Below, piece by piece: positions 38,624 through 48,860 of a stretch of 64,000 nucleotides of DNA. The number at the start of each line of letters is the position of its first letter. Position 1 is the stretch's first letter. Source of the DNA: Candidatus Oxydemutator sp. Its GTDB lineage: Bacteria; Pseudomonadota; Gammaproteobacteria; Poriferisulfidales; Oxydemutatoraceae. The notes under the pieces were generated by a model. That model made no database searches. It was not told the DNA's origin and was given only the letters and a program-made list of their open reading frames with translations. Position numbers and translations under genes: made by a program. Location: the NCBI GenBank assembly GCA_965203445.1, contig OZ241883.1, forward strand, positions 1,216,001-1,280,000. The letters run 5' to 3'.

Positions 38624-40308
38624 ATCGCCGCCGCCCGGTCGCGGCCTCCGGTTCGCGCAATTTGCCGCGCCAGGATCATCAGCGGCAGCAGGCCCGCGGC
38701 GACGATGGTCAACGCCGGCAGTGCGACGTCGGGCAGCCGCTCGTCGGCGGCCATTTCGGCCGCGCGCACCGCCAGCGTGTTGAAGTCGAACGGGCGCAGC
38801 ACCAGCGTCGCCGGCAGTTCCTTGATGACCTCGACGAACACCAGCAGCATCGCCGTCAGCAGGCCCGAGCGAATAAGCGGCAGGTGTATTTTGCCGAGCA
38901 TCGCAAGGCCCGACGCCTTCAGCGTCGCGGCCGCGTAGTCCACGTTGCGCGACACCTTGGAGAGCGAGTTCTCGACCGTGTTGAAGCCGAACGTCAGAAA
39001 GCGCGTCGTGTACGCGAAGTACAGTACGAACAACGTGCCGCTCAAGAAAAGCCCCGGCGAGCCGAGGCCCGCAAATGCCGCGCCCGCGCCCGCGATTTTC
39101 TCGATCGAGGTGCACGTGATCATGACGCCGACCGCGACCACGACGCCCGGCACCGCGTAGCCGAAGGTCGCCGCCCGGTAGAGCCAGCGGCCGCGGTCGC
39201 GCGGATACAGGCGGCGGGTGTAACAGAGGACGACGGCGACAAGCGTCGTCGCCAGCGCCGCGCCCGCGCCTAGCAGCAGCGTGTTGCCGACCAGCTCGCG
39301 GTAGGCGGCGTCGAACGACGCGCCGCTCGTCAACGCCCATGCCGACAGTTGTCCGGCGGGCGCCGCGAAGCCGAGTGCGACCGGCAGCGCGCAGAAGGCG
39401 GCGGCACCCCACGCGCGCGCGCCGCGCAGCGGATAGGCGATGCCCAGCGGCTTGTGTGTGCCGGTTTCGGAATAACCGCAGCGCCGGCGCTGGTATCTTT
39501 CGATCAGGACCAACGCCGCCATGAACACCAGCAGCAGCAGCGACAGTTGCGCGGCGCCGGCCAGGCTGCCGAAGCCGAACCACGTGCGGATGATGCCGGT
39601 GCTGAACGTCTGGATGCCGAAATGCTGCATCGCGGCGTAATCCGACAACGTCTCCATCGCCACCAACGCGGCGCCGACGGCGACGCCCGGGCGCGCCACC
39701 GGCAATATCAGGCGCGTGAAAATTCGGCGCGGGTTCAGCCCCAGCGTGCGCGCCGCCTCGATCAGGCTGGCGGATTGTTGCAGCAACAGCGTGCGCGTCA
39801 GTAAATACACGTACGGATAAAGCGCCAACGCTAACACGATGACGCCGCCGCCGAGCGAGCGGATCGGCGGCGGGCGCAAGCCGAGACCGGCGTGCAGCGT
39901 CTCGTGCAGCCAGCCGCCGTAGCCGAGCATACCGGTATAGGCGTAGGCGATGATATAGGCGGGCAACGCCAGCGGCAGTATCAGCGCCCACTCGAAGAAG
40001 CGTCGTCCCGGAAAATCACATGCGGTGCACAACCACGCGCACGACGCACCGATGACGACGGCGAGCGACACCACGCCGATGGCCAGCGCCGCCGAGTTTC
40101 GCAGATAGCCGCCGAGCGTGGTCTCGACCAGATGCATCCACACGCCGTCGCTGGGCAACAGCGCATAGACGGCTAACGCGACTAGCGGCAGCGTGATTGC
40201 GATGGAGGCCAGACGCGCGCCGATACGCAGCGCGGTTCCTTCGGACGCGCGTCGCCCGGCGCGCACGGCCACCCCGGGTTTGGGTTGCGCGCCCTCGGCG
40301 GCGGCCAC
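38620..40308 (-). CDS. fbpB: Fe3+ ABC transporter permease
   Basis: Duplicated permease with EAARTLG and YAAATL motifs, and KELPATLVLRPF. Confidence 0.9.
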   Translation of the reverse strand: MAAAEGAQPKPGVAVRAGRRASEGTALRIGARLASIAITLPLVALAVYALLPSDGVWMHLVETTLGGYLRNSAALAIGVVSLAVVIGASCAWLCTACDFPGRRFFEWALILPLALPAYIIAYAYTGMLGYGGWLHETLHAGLGLRPPPIRSLGGGVIVLALALYPYVYLLTRTLLLQQSASLIEAARTLGLNPRRIFTRLILPVARPGVAVGAALVAMETLSDYAAMQHFGIQTFSTGIIRTWFGFGSLAGAAQLSLLLLVFMAALVLIERYQRRRCGYSETGTHKPLGIAYPLRGARAWGAAAFCALPVALGFAAPAGQLSAWALTSGASFDAAYRELVGNTLLLGAGAALATTLVAVVLCYTRRLYPRDRGRWLYRAATFGYAVPGVVVAVGVMITCTSIEKIAGAGAAFAGLGSPGLFLSGTLFVLYFAYTTRFLTFGFNTVENSLSKVSRNVDYAAATLKASGLAMLGKIHLPLIRSGLLTAMLLVFVEVIKELPATLVLRPFDFNTLAVRAAEMAADERLPDVALPALTIVAAGLLPLMILARQIARTGGRDRAAAI

Positions 40309-40312
40309 CGGC

Positions 40313-41347
40313 TCAGCGCCAGCCGGCGCGGTTGGTCAGTTCGACCGCCTTGCGGTTCAGCCGTCCGAGGATCGCGAGGTCTATCGTATCGGCCTTGAAC
40401 TCGCCCCATGACTGTAGGATTTTACTGGGCGTAACGCCGGCGCGTACCGGATATTCGTTATTGGTCTCGCCGTACCAGCGCTGCGCGTCCTCGCTCGCCA
40501 GGTATTCGATCAACGCGACCGCCTCGTCGTAGTGGGTCGCGGTGCGCGTTACGCCGGCGCCGCTTATGTTGACGTGCACGCCACGGTCTTTCTGGTTGGG
40601 CCATACCACGCGCATCCGCTGCGCCGCCTTGCGCTGCGCCGGATCGCCGCCTTGCAGCATCATCGCCAGATAATAGGTGTTGACGACCGCGACGTCGCAC
40701 AAGCCTGCTGCCGCCGCCATGATCTGATCGCGGTCGCCACCGGCGGGCGGGCGCGCGAGATTCGCGGCAAGCCCCTCGGCCCACGCCAGCGTCGCGTCGT
40801 AGCCGTTGGCGTGTATCATCGAGGCCACCAGCGACTGGTTGTAGATGTTGTCGGAGGAACGAATGCATATGCGTCCGCGCCAGGCCGGGTCGGCCAGCGA
40901 CTCGTAGCGCGCCGGCACGCCGGGTCGCGCGCGCCCCTCGACGACGAGGATCGTCCGCGCACGCAGCGAAAGCCCGAACCACTGATCGTCCGGGTCGCGG
41001 TAACGCGCCGGTATCCGCGTGGCGAGCGTCTCGGATCGAACCGGCCGCAGCAGACCCGCCTCCTTCGCGCGGAACAGACGCCCGGCGTCGGTGGTAATCA
41101 GCAGATCGGCCGGGCTGTCCTTGCCTTCGAGCGTAAGCCGCGTAAGCAGCGCGTCGGCCTTGCCCGTGATCAGGCGCGTCTCGATGCCGTGGCGCGCGGT
41201 GAAACGCTCGAGCAGCGGCTTGATCAGACTCTCCTGGCGCGCCGAATAGACGTTGACCTCGGCGCCTGCGCCAGTGCACGCGAGCAGGCAGGCGGCCCAG
41301 CACGCGACGACCGCGATACGACGTCGGCGACGGCGATCCTTTTGCAT
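40313..41347 (-). CDS. fbpA: Fe3+ ABC transporter substrate-binding protein (FbpA/FutA)
   Basis: Signal peptide, VNVYSAR, SPADLLITTD, IYNQSL, GGDRDQI, NTYY. Confidence 0.92.
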   Translation of the reverse strand: MQKDRRRRRRIAVVACWAACLLACTGAGAEVNVYSARQESLIKPLLERFTARHGIETRLITGKADALLTRLTLEGKDSPADLLITTDAGRLFRAKEAGLLRPVRSETLATRIPARYRDPDDQWFGLSLRARTILVVEGRARPGVPARYESLADPAWRGRICIRSSDNIYNQSLVASMIHANGYDATLAWAEGLAANLARPPAGGDRDQIMAAAAGLCDVAVVNTYYLAMMLQGGDPAQRKAAQRMRVVWPNQKDRGVHVNISGAGVTRTATHYDEAVALIEYLASEDAQRWYGETNNEYPVRAGVTPSKILQSWGEFKADTIDLAILGRLNRKAVELTNRAGWR

Positions 41348-41383
41348 GGCAAATTTCCGTGTAAGCCCGTGTAAAGTTGAATA

Positions 41384-41402
41384 CAAATGAGAATTATTAT
41401 TG
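41384..41402. promoter_or_regulatory. Fur box
   Basis: CAAATGAGAATTATTATTG, close to the GATAATGATAATCATTATC consensus, just upstream of the iron transporter. Confidence 0.8.
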
Positions 41403-41607
41403 ATAATATATGCTAAGTCAATCGCACCAAGTTCTCGGCCCATGGTTCTTGGCCCACCCTCTCCTAGGGGGAGAGGGTTACATTACGGGCCGGGGGAAGG
41501 TCAGGTCAGCCGGACATATAATATAATTCTCGATTTTCCTACAATACCGATTATTGGCCGGAGCAGTCGTTGGCGGGGCCGATTGTTGGCGGCGGCAGCA
41601 AGGAGTG

Positions 41608-42525
41608 ATGATGGAGCAACGCGACGGCTGGATCTGGTTTGACGGCGAGTTTGTGCCCTGGCGCGAGGCCAAGGTGCACGTTCTGACGCACACGTTGCAC
41701 TACGGCACCGGCGTGTTCGAGGGCGTGCGCGCGTACCGCACCGAGGACGGCACCGCGATTTTCCGCCTGCACGACCACACCAGGCGGCTGTTCGATTCGG
41801 CCGCGATTATCGGCATCAAAATTCCGCTCGCGCGCGACGATCTGAACGAGGCGCAATGCGAGGCGGTGCGCAAGAACGGTCTCGAAACCGCCTATCTGCG
41901 GCCGATGATCTTCTACGGCGCCGAGGGCATGGGTCTGCGCGCCGACAACCTGAAAGTGCATTGCATTATCGCCGTGTGGCAGTGGGGAACCTACCTGGGC
42001 GAGGAGAACATCCGCCGCGGCATCCGCGTCAAGACCTCGTCGTTCGCGCGCCACCACGCCAACGCCGCGATGTGCAAGGCCAAGGCCAACGGGCATTACA
42101 TAAACTCGATGCTGGCGCTGCACGAGGCCTTGGCCGCCGGCTGCGACGAGGCGCTGATGTTGGACACCGACGGCTACGTCGCCGAAGGCAGCGGCGAGAA
42201 CGTGTTCGTCGTCGCCGACGGCGCGTTGCATACCCCCGATCTGAGCGCGGCGCTCAACGGCATCACGCGACGCACGGTGCTGCAACTGGCGCGCGACGAG
42301 GGCCTGGACGTTGTCGAGAGGCGTATCACGCGCGACGAGGTGTACATCGCCGACGAGGTTTTCCTGACCGGCACCGCGGCCGAAGTGACGCCGGTGCGCG
42401 AACTCGACGGGCGCGTCATCGGCGACGGCGCGCGCGGCCCGGTGACGGAACGTTTGCAGACGTTGTTCTTCGACGCCGTGCACGGACGCGCCGGCGCGCG
42501 CCGGGAGTGGCTTACCTTTGTCTGA
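41608..42525 (+). CDS. ilvE: Branched-chain amino acid aminotransferase
   Basis: AGGAG RBS. IWFDGE, LHYGTGVFEG, KAKANGHY, EGSGEN, LNGITR, TGTAAEVTP. Confidence 0.96.
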   Translation: MMEQRDGWIWFDGEFVPWREAKVHVLTHTLHYGTGVFEGVRAYRTEDGTAIFRLHDHTRRLFDSAAIIGIKIPLARDDLNEAQCEAVRKNGLETAYLRPMIFYGAEGMGLRADNLKVHCIIAVWQWGTYLGEENIRRGIRVKTSSFARHHANAAMCKAKANGHYINSMLALHEALAAGCDEALMLDTDGYVAEGSGENVFVVADGALHTPDLSAALNGITRRTVLQLARDEGLDVVERRITRDEVYIADEVFLTGTAAEVTPVRELDGRVIGDGARGPVTERLQTLFFDAVHGRAGARREWLTFV

Positions 42526-43990
42526 CAACGGGGCCGGCGCAAAAGCGCGCGTACCGATGCGGCCCGGTTCCGCCGGTTCCGCAGGCCCCGACTTCGGCCG
42601 CGCGCACCTGCTGGTGGTCGGCGACGTGATGATAGACCGCTATTTTCACGGCGCGACCCGGCGCATCTCGCCCGAGGCGCCGGTGCAGGCGGTGCAAGTC
42701 ACCGACTGCGAGGAGCGCCCGGGCGGCGCCGCCAACGTCGCGGTCAACGTGCGCGGCCTCGGCGCGCGCGCGACGCTGATCGGGCTGACCGGCGAAGACG
42801 CCGAGGCCGGCGTGCTCGAGAGACTGCTGGCCGAGCACGGCGTCGAAGCGCGTCTTGTCGCGGTGCGCGGCAGCCCGACCATCGTCAAGATGCGCGTCGT
42901 CAGCCGCGCCCAGCAGCTGATACGCCTCGATTTCGAGGACGGCTTTGCAGGCGCCACGCCGTCGCGGGTGGAGACGCTGTTTGTTTCCTGTCTGGGCGCC
43001 GCCGACGCCGTCATCCTGTCCGATTACGCCAAAGGTTGTCTGCGCAACGTCCAGCGCCTGATCCGGTTTGCGCGCGACGCCGGCAAGCCGGTGTTCGTCG
43101 ATCCCAAAGGGCATGATTTTTCGCGCTACGCCGACGCCACCGTGCTGACGCCTAATTTTTCCGAGTTCGAGGCCGTCGTCGGCCGTTGCGGAGACGATGC
43201 CGAGATCGCCGCCAAGGGGCTTGCGCTGAAGCAGCGTCTCGGCCTCGACGCGCTGCTGGTGACGCGCGGCGAACACGGCATGTCGCTGATCGAGGGCGCC
43301 GACAGCGTTCACCATCTGCCGACGCACGCGCACGAGGTGTACGACGTGACCGGCGCCGGCGACACCGCGATCTCGGTGTTGGCCGCGGCGCACACGCTCG
43401 GCGTGTCGCTGCCGGAGGCGGTGCGGTTCGCCAACCGCGCGGCGAGCATAGTGGTCGAGAAATCCGGCACCGCGACCGTGGACGCCCGCGAGTTGCTCGA
43501 GGCCCCGCGCGCCGCGTCCGAAGACGCCGTCTGCACCGAGCGGGAATTGCTTACGCGCGTCGCTGCCGCGAGACGCGCCGGGCAGCGCATCGTGATGACC
43601 AACGGCTGTTTCGATCTGCTGCACGCCGGACATATCGCCTACCTGACCGAAGCCGCGTTGCTCGGCGAGCGCCTGGTGGTCGCGGTCAACGACGACGCAT
43701 CGGTGCGGCTGTTGAAGGGCGCCGCGCGCCCGATCAATCCGCTGCGCCTGCGTATGCGCCTGCTGGCCGCGCTTGCGATGGTGGACTGGGTGGTGCCGTT
43801 CTCGGAGTCCACGCCGCGGCGGCTGATCGAGCGCGTCTCGCCCGACGTCCTCGTCAAGGGCGGCGACTACGAAGCGCGCGCCGTCGCCGGCTACGACCAC
43901 GTCCGCGCCAGCGGCGGCGAGGTCGTCGTGCTCGATTATCTCGAAGGCGTCTCGACCAGCGCGTTGATCAGCGAGATACGCAAGCAATAG
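42518..43990 (+). CDS. hldE: Bifunctional heptose 7-phosphate kinase / heptose 1-phosphate adenylyltransferase (start approximate)
   Basis: GDVMID, RISPEAPV, DVTGAGDT, TNGCFDLLHAGH, LVKGGDY. Confidence 0.95.
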   Translation: MSDNGAGAKARVPMRPGSAGSAGPDFGRAHLLVVGDVMIDRYFHGATRRISPEAPVQAVQVTDCEERPGGAANVAVNVRGLGARATLIGLTGEDAEAGVLERLLAEHGVEARLVAVRGSPTIVKMRVVSRAQQLIRLDFEDGFAGATPSRVETLFVSCLGAADAVILSDYAKGCLRNVQRLIRFARDAGKPVFVDPKGHDFSRYADATVLTPNFSEFEAVVGRCGDDAEIAAKGLALKQRLGLDALLVTRGEHGMSLIEGADSVHHLPTHAHEVYDVTGAGDTAISVLAAAHTLGVSLPEAVRFANRAASIVVEKSGTATVDARELLEAPRAASEDAVCTERELLTRVAAARRAGQRIVMTNGCFDLLHAGHIAYLTEAALLGERLVVAVNDDASVRLLKGAARPINPLRLRMRLLAALAMVDWVVPFSESTPRRLIERVSPDVLVKGGDYEARAVAGYDHVRASGGEVVVLDYLEGVSTSALISEIRKQ

Positions 43991-43995
43991 TTTCG

Positions 43996-45027
43996 ATGGC
44001 GCGGCGTGTTCTGGTGGTCGCGCAGGCGTGGGTCGGCGACCTGGTGTTGTCGCAAAGCCTCTACAAGGCGATGAAGCGGCGCCAACCCGGCGTTGCGATA
44101 GACGTTCTCGCGCCGGCGTGGGGTGCGGCGTTGCTCGGCAGAATGCGCGAAGTCTCGCGCGCGATTGCAATGCCGTTGGCGCACGGCGAACTGGGCCCGT
44201 CCGCGCGCTTGCGGCTGGGGCGCGAACTGCGCGGCGTCTATGATCAGGCCATCGTGCTGCCGCGTTCGCTGAAAGCCGCGCTCGTGCCGTGGTTCGCGCG
44301 CGTGCCGCGGCGCACCGGTTTTCGCGGCGAGATGCGCTACGGTCTGATCAACGACGTGCGCCCGTTCGACGCCGGCGCGATGCCGCGCATCGTGGATCGC
44401 TTCGTTTTTTTGGGCGAGTCGCGCGGCGTGACGCCGGACACCCGCGACGCGCCGGCGCCGGAGTTGCGCGTGGACGAAGTGCGCGCCGCGGCCTGCGTGC
44501 GGGAACTGGCGCTCGATTTGCAAAAACCGGTGCTCGCGCTGATGCCGGGCGCCGCTTTCGGCAAATCGAAACAGTGGCCGCCCGCGTACTTTGCCGACGT
44601 CGCCGACCGCTACGCCGCCGACGGTTGGCAGACGTGGCTGTTCGGTTCGTCCGGCGACCGCCCGCTTGCGCGCGCAGTCGTCCGCGCCGCCTCGTCTCCG
44701 ATTGCCGATCTTTGCGGGCGCACCGATCTTGCCGACGTCGTTGATCTGATGTCGCTCGCGTCGTTCGCGGTAACCAACGACTCGGGATTGATGCACGTGG
44801 CCGCCGCCGTCGGCTGCCCGCTGGTTGCGATCTACGGCGCCACTTCGCCGGATTACACGCCGCCGATGCTCCCCGCCTCGCGCCTGTTCTGGCGCAACCT
44901 CGAATGCAGCCCGTGCTGGAAAAAAACCTGCCGCTACGGCCACTACGACTGCCTCACCGGAATTGCGCCAAACGAGGTGTACGCCGCGGCGCGCAAGGTC
45001 GAGGGAAAGGCGCGCGCCTCACAGTAG
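43996..45027 (+). CDS. waaF: Lipopolysaccharide heptosyltransferase II
   Basis: WVGDLV, GEMRYGLIND, PGAAFGKSKQWP, NDSGLMHVAAA. Confidence 0.94.
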   Translation: MARRVLVVAQAWVGDLVLSQSLYKAMKRRQPGVAIDVLAPAWGAALLGRMREVSRAIAMPLAHGELGPSARLRLGRELRGVYDQAIVLPRSLKAALVPWFARVPRRTGFRGEMRYGLINDVRPFDAGAMPRIVDRFVFLGESRGVTPDTRDAPAPELRVDEVRAAACVRELALDLQKPVLALMPGAAFGKSKQWPPAYFADVADRYAADGWQTWLFGSSGDRPLARAVVRAASSPIADLCGRTDLADVVDLMSLASFAVTNDSGLMHVAAAVGCPLVAIYGATSPDYTPPMLPASRLFWRNLECSPCWKKTCRYGHYDCLTGIAPNEVYAAARKVEGKARASQ

Positions 45028-45121
45028 CGGCGCGCGGGCGCGCGCTAAAATCCGGGTTGCGTATCAAGGTGTAAGCTTTGGGGCTATATTGGACTCATGT
45101 TTTGAACAAGCCACCGCCCTG

Positions 45122-46684
45122 ATGATAGACAAAAGACTGAAAGAACTCTGGCCCCGCCTTCAGGGCAAAAAGCCGCATATGCCGCAGTTTTTGAAGGCGG
45201 TGCGCTTACAAGGTCTCCGAGGTATCCGCAACCTGCGGGTTGTGTTCGATTATCCGGTGTGTGTCATTGCCGGAATGAACGCCAGCGGCAAGTCCACCGT
45301 CCTGCTCGCCGCCGCCTGCGCCTACGAGGTGCCGGGCGCCGGGGCCAGGGATTACGTACCTTCGACGCTTTTTCCAAACTATGTCCCGAAGGGGGGCGCC
45401 CGTGGCGACGACCGCCCCGAGATTTCCATTGAATACGAGTATTCCGAAGGTAACGATGCTATTTTGATGGCTTGGCGGCGAAGAAAAGGCTGGACGCGCA
45501 GCTTTTTTGGGCGCAAAAAACAACGTCAACCGAAACGTGCGGTTTATCTGCGCACGCTCAGCAATCTGAGCAGCCCGCCGGAGGTGCGCGGCGTGCTCAG
45601 CATGTCGCATCTCAAGACTGTGCCCGAGGAACATCCACTGACGGCCGCGCAAATAGATTTTGCACAGAGTATGCTGCCTTTCCGTTACCGGGAGGTCGTA
45701 CGGCTCTCCAAGACGGGCAAAGGCGGTAGGGACCTTCTTTTTGCGACGCATAAGGACGACACCGCGTATTCCGAGTTGCACATGGCCGCCGGCGAGCGCG
45801 CCATCCTGCGTCTGTCCGGAGAAATCGCGCAACTGCGTGGTGCGCTGGTGTTGATTGATGAGATCGAGGCAGGCCTGCATCCGTGGGCGCAGCAACTGCT
45901 GATGCTCCAGTTGCAGCAGCTGGCCTTGCGCAACGACTTGCAGGTTATCGTCACTTCCCACAGCCCCGTCGTGCTGGACGCCGTTCCCGCCAACGCGCGT
46001 ATCTTTCTTGATCGAGATGAACACGGGGACGTCGAGGTTCGTCCGCCGTACCAGGACATCATCCAGAATGCCTTCTACGGCCGTTCCGTCAACGTGCTCA
46101 ATGTGCTTTGCGAAGATGAGGTTGCGGAGGGCATCCTGCGCGGCGTGTTGGATTATCTGGCCCCCAGGATGTTCATTCAGCACGATCAGATCCGCATTGG
46201 TTGTGACACGAGCGCCCAGGAATTTCCGGCCCATGCCGCGGCTTTTAAGAGAATTGATCTGCTTGACAATTTCGTTTTTGTCCTGGATGGCGATCAGCGT
46301 GACAAAGATGTAGAAAAAAGACTGCGCGCGCGTGCCGGCGACTGGCGAGGTCCCGTGCTTTTCCTGCCCGGCGATGTCGCGCCCGAGGTGTGGCTTTGGG
46401 AGTGCCTGGAGCGCAACCGGTCCATGTATGCGGAGCCTTTGGGCACCGATCCAGGCAATTTCGGCACGCTTATGGAGCAGTCGAGCGATACTTATAGCTT
46501 GGCTTCCGAGACCGAGGCGGAAATCGCCAAGTTCAAGCTTGGAGACCTCGCCGGAAAACTTAGCCGACCGGTTCCGGCAGTCTGTCGCATTGTTGCCTTT
46601 CAGGAGGTGCGACGGAAAGACAGCGCGCTCCGACCGCTGGCTGATCAACTCGCCGACGCCATCCAGGCGTGGCGGGCTGCCTGA
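45122..46684 (+). CDS. ABC/AAA_21-type ATPase fused to a TOPRIM-like domain (OLD-like; candidate defence gene)
   Basis: Walker A GMNASGKST, signature MAAGE, Walker B LIDEIEAGLHP, TSHS. TOPRIM-like VLCED and VLDGD. Confidence 0.8.
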   Translation: MIDKRLKELWPRLQGKKPHMPQFLKAVRLQGLRGIRNLRVVFDYPVCVIAGMNASGKSTVLLAAACAYEVPGAGARDYVPSTLFPNYVPKGGARGDDRPEISIEYEYSEGNDAILMAWRRRKGWTRSFFGRKKQRQPKRAVYLRTLSNLSSPPEVRGVLSMSHLKTVPEEHPLTAAQIDFAQSMLPFRYREVVRLSKTGKGGRDLLFATHKDDTAYSELHMAAGERAILRLSGEIAQLRGALVLIDEIEAGLHPWAQQLLMLQLQQLALRNDLQVIVTSHSPVVLDAVPANARIFLDRDEHGDVEVRPPYQDIIQNAFYGRSVNVLNVLCEDEVAEGILRGVLDYLAPRMFIQHDQIRIGCDTSAQEFPAHAAAFKRIDLLDNFVFVLDGDQRDKDVEKRLRARAGDWRGPVLFLPGDVAPEVWLWECLERNRSMYAEPLGTDPGNFGTLMEQSSDTYSLASETEAEIAKFKLGDLAGKLSRPVPAVCRIVAFQEVRRKDSALRPLADQLADAIQAWRAA

Positions 46685-46883
46685 TTATTACTGGAAGCAG
46701 ACGGCGTCATCTGGGGATGCACTTTGCCATTTCCCGGCGAACATAGAGTGCGTTTCGTTAAGCCGTTCGGCAATGACGCACCAAGGGGGGAGGCGATGAT
46801 GACGAACGTAAGAGTGCGGCAATGACGAAGAGAAGGCCGGCGGCGAGGTTGTTATAATCCCCTTTCCCGCCACCCGAATCGTT

Positions 46884-47615
46884 ATGAACGACGCCATGCC
46901 AGCCCGCGAACTGCCGCCCGCGCTTTATTTGGGCTTGCCGTTGCTGGTCGTCTTGATTCCTTATGCGGCGCAGTGGGTCGGCGGGCCGCAGCCCTGGCTT
47001 TACCACGAATCGGGCGCCATCGAGTGGGTTACGGTGGTGTTTCTGCTGGTCGGGATTTTTTACGCGGCCGGCGCGTTGCGGTTCGTAATCGGCCGCGGTG
47101 TGCGTTGGCTTTGCGGCTGGGTCGTGCTGCTGCTGTTAGGTGCGGTGTATTTCGCCGGGGAAGAGTTGAGCTGGGGGCAGCACGTCTTTCAGTGGGGCAC
47201 GCCCGAGGAGTGGCGACGGCTCAACGACCAGCAGGAGACGAATCTGCACAACGTGCATGCGCTCTTCGATCAGCTGCCGCGGGCGCTGCTGACGTTGGGC
47301 GCGCTGGTCGGCGGCGTCGCGGTGCCGCTCTACCGCCGCTTTAGCGCGCAGCGCTGGCGCATGTTGTCGGGCACGGACGGCGACGCCTGGCCGTACTGGC
47401 TGTGGCCGACCTGGGCGTGCCTGCCGGTGTCGGTCGCGGTTCTCGTCGTCAGCCCCTTCGATAAACTGGTCGAGTCGTCCGGCGCGGCCGCGCCGGATTG
47501 GCTCTACATGAAAGGTGGCGAGCTGAAGGAGTGCCTGTTGGCGCTGTTCATCCTGATTTACCTGCTGTCGCTGCATCGCCGCCTGCGCGCGCGCGCCCGG
47601 CAGACACCGTGCTGA
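46884..47615 (+). CDS. Conserved hypothetical integral membrane protein
   Basis: About six TM segments, with ESGAIE, GEELSWGQH and NDQQETNLHN motifs. Confidence 0.75.
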   Translation: MNDAMPARELPPALYLGLPLLVVLIPYAAQWVGGPQPWLYHESGAIEWVTVVFLLVGIFYAAGALRFVIGRGVRWLCGWVVLLLLGAVYFAGEELSWGQHVFQWGTPEEWRRLNDQQETNLHNVHALFDQLPRALLTLGALVGGVAVPLYRRFSAQRWRMLSGTDGDAWPYWLWPTWACLPVSVAVLVVSPFDKLVESSGAAAPDWLYMKGGELKECLLALFILIYLLSLHRRLRARARQTPC

Positions 47616-48586
47616 TCGTCACCGGCGCCGCCGGCTTCATCGGCAGCAACGTCATCGCCGCGCTCAACGAGCGCGGAGTGGACGACGTTCTCGCGGTGGA
47701 CAACCTTAGCGACGGGCGCAAGGTGCGCAACCTCGCCGGCCTGAAAATCGCCGACTATCTCGACAAGGACGACTTCCTCGCGCGCGTCGTCGCCGGCGAG
47801 TCGTTCGGTTCCAATATCGAGGCGGTGATCCACGAGGGCGCATGTACCTCCACCGTCGAGTGGGACGGGCGTTACATGATGCGCAACAACTACGAGTATT
47901 CCAAGCGCCTGCTCGACTACTGCCGCCGCCGCGGGCTCGCCCTGCAATACGCCTCGTCCGCCGGCGTCTATGGCAACAGCGGGGCCTTCTCGGAAGACGA
48001 GGCCAACGAGCGGCCGACGACGATCTACGCCTACTCGAAGTGGCTGTTCGACCGCCACGTCGCGCGCACGGCGATGACGCGCGGCCCGGCCGTCGCCGGC
48101 TTTCGCTATTTCAACGTGTACGGCCCGCGCGAGGCGCACAAGGGCTTCATGTGCAGCGCGCCGTGGCATTTCAATCGCCAGCTGCGCGAGGACGGCAAAG
48201 TGCGCGTGTTCGGCGCCAACGCCACCTGCGCCGCCGGCGAACACCGCCGCGACTTTACCCACGTCGAGGACGTCGTGCGCGCCAAACTCTGGTGGCTGGA
48301 ACACCGCCCGCGCGGCATCTTCAATCTCGGCAGCGGTGTCGCGCGCACCTTCCGCGAGGTCGCCGACGCGGTCATCGCATGGCACGGCACGGGCGAGGTC
48401 GAATACATCCCGTTTCCCGACGAATTGAAGGCGGTGTACCAGGACTACACCCAGGCCGACCTGACGCGCCTGCGCAAGGCCGGCTACGACGGCGGCTTCA
48501 TGACGCTGGAAGAAGGCGTCGGGCGGTATCTCAAGTATCTTGCGGGCGAGCGGGATCAGGGCAGGTCGAATTATCCACGGGCGTAG
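47609..48586 (+). CDS. hldD: ADP-L-glycero-D-manno-heptose 6-epimerase
   Basis: GTG start. IVTGAAGFIGSN, YASSAGVYG, YAYSK, FRYFNVYGPRE.HKG.M, YQDYTQAD. Confidence 0.95.
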   Translation: MLIVTGAAGFIGSNVIAALNERGVDDVLAVDNLSDGRKVRNLAGLKIADYLDKDDFLARVVAGESFGSNIEAVIHEGACTSTVEWDGRYMMRNNYEYSKRLLDYCRRRGLALQYASSAGVYGNSGAFSEDEANERPTTIYAYSKWLFDRHVARTAMTRGPAVAGFRYFNVYGPREAHKGFMCSAPWHFNRQLREDGKVRVFGANATCAAGEHRRDFTHVEDVVRAKLWWLEHRPRGIFNLGSGVARTFREVADAVIAWHGTGEVEYIPFPDELKAVYQDYTQADLTRLRKAGYDGGFMTLEEGVGRYLKYLAGERDQGRSNYPRA

Positions 48587-48860
48587 CCGGGTCATGTGGC
48601 TGTCTCATAGGAGATGGCATAAGCCCTGAAAAAATTGGACGGAACGCAATAAGTGCCGTATTCTTGCAACGTCCCATCCATAAGCGAACAGATTAACACC
48701 CCCTCGGCCCGTTCGGGCCCCTGGGGGCTTTGGGTATCTGCCACCAGTATTATTCCTTAAACTATTGATATAGAAATATTTTCGACAGCAGGACAGTGTC
48801 GGATACGGCGAGGGCCGGGTGGTGGCATCGTGCACGCTCGTCAGTCTTATAATAGGCGGC

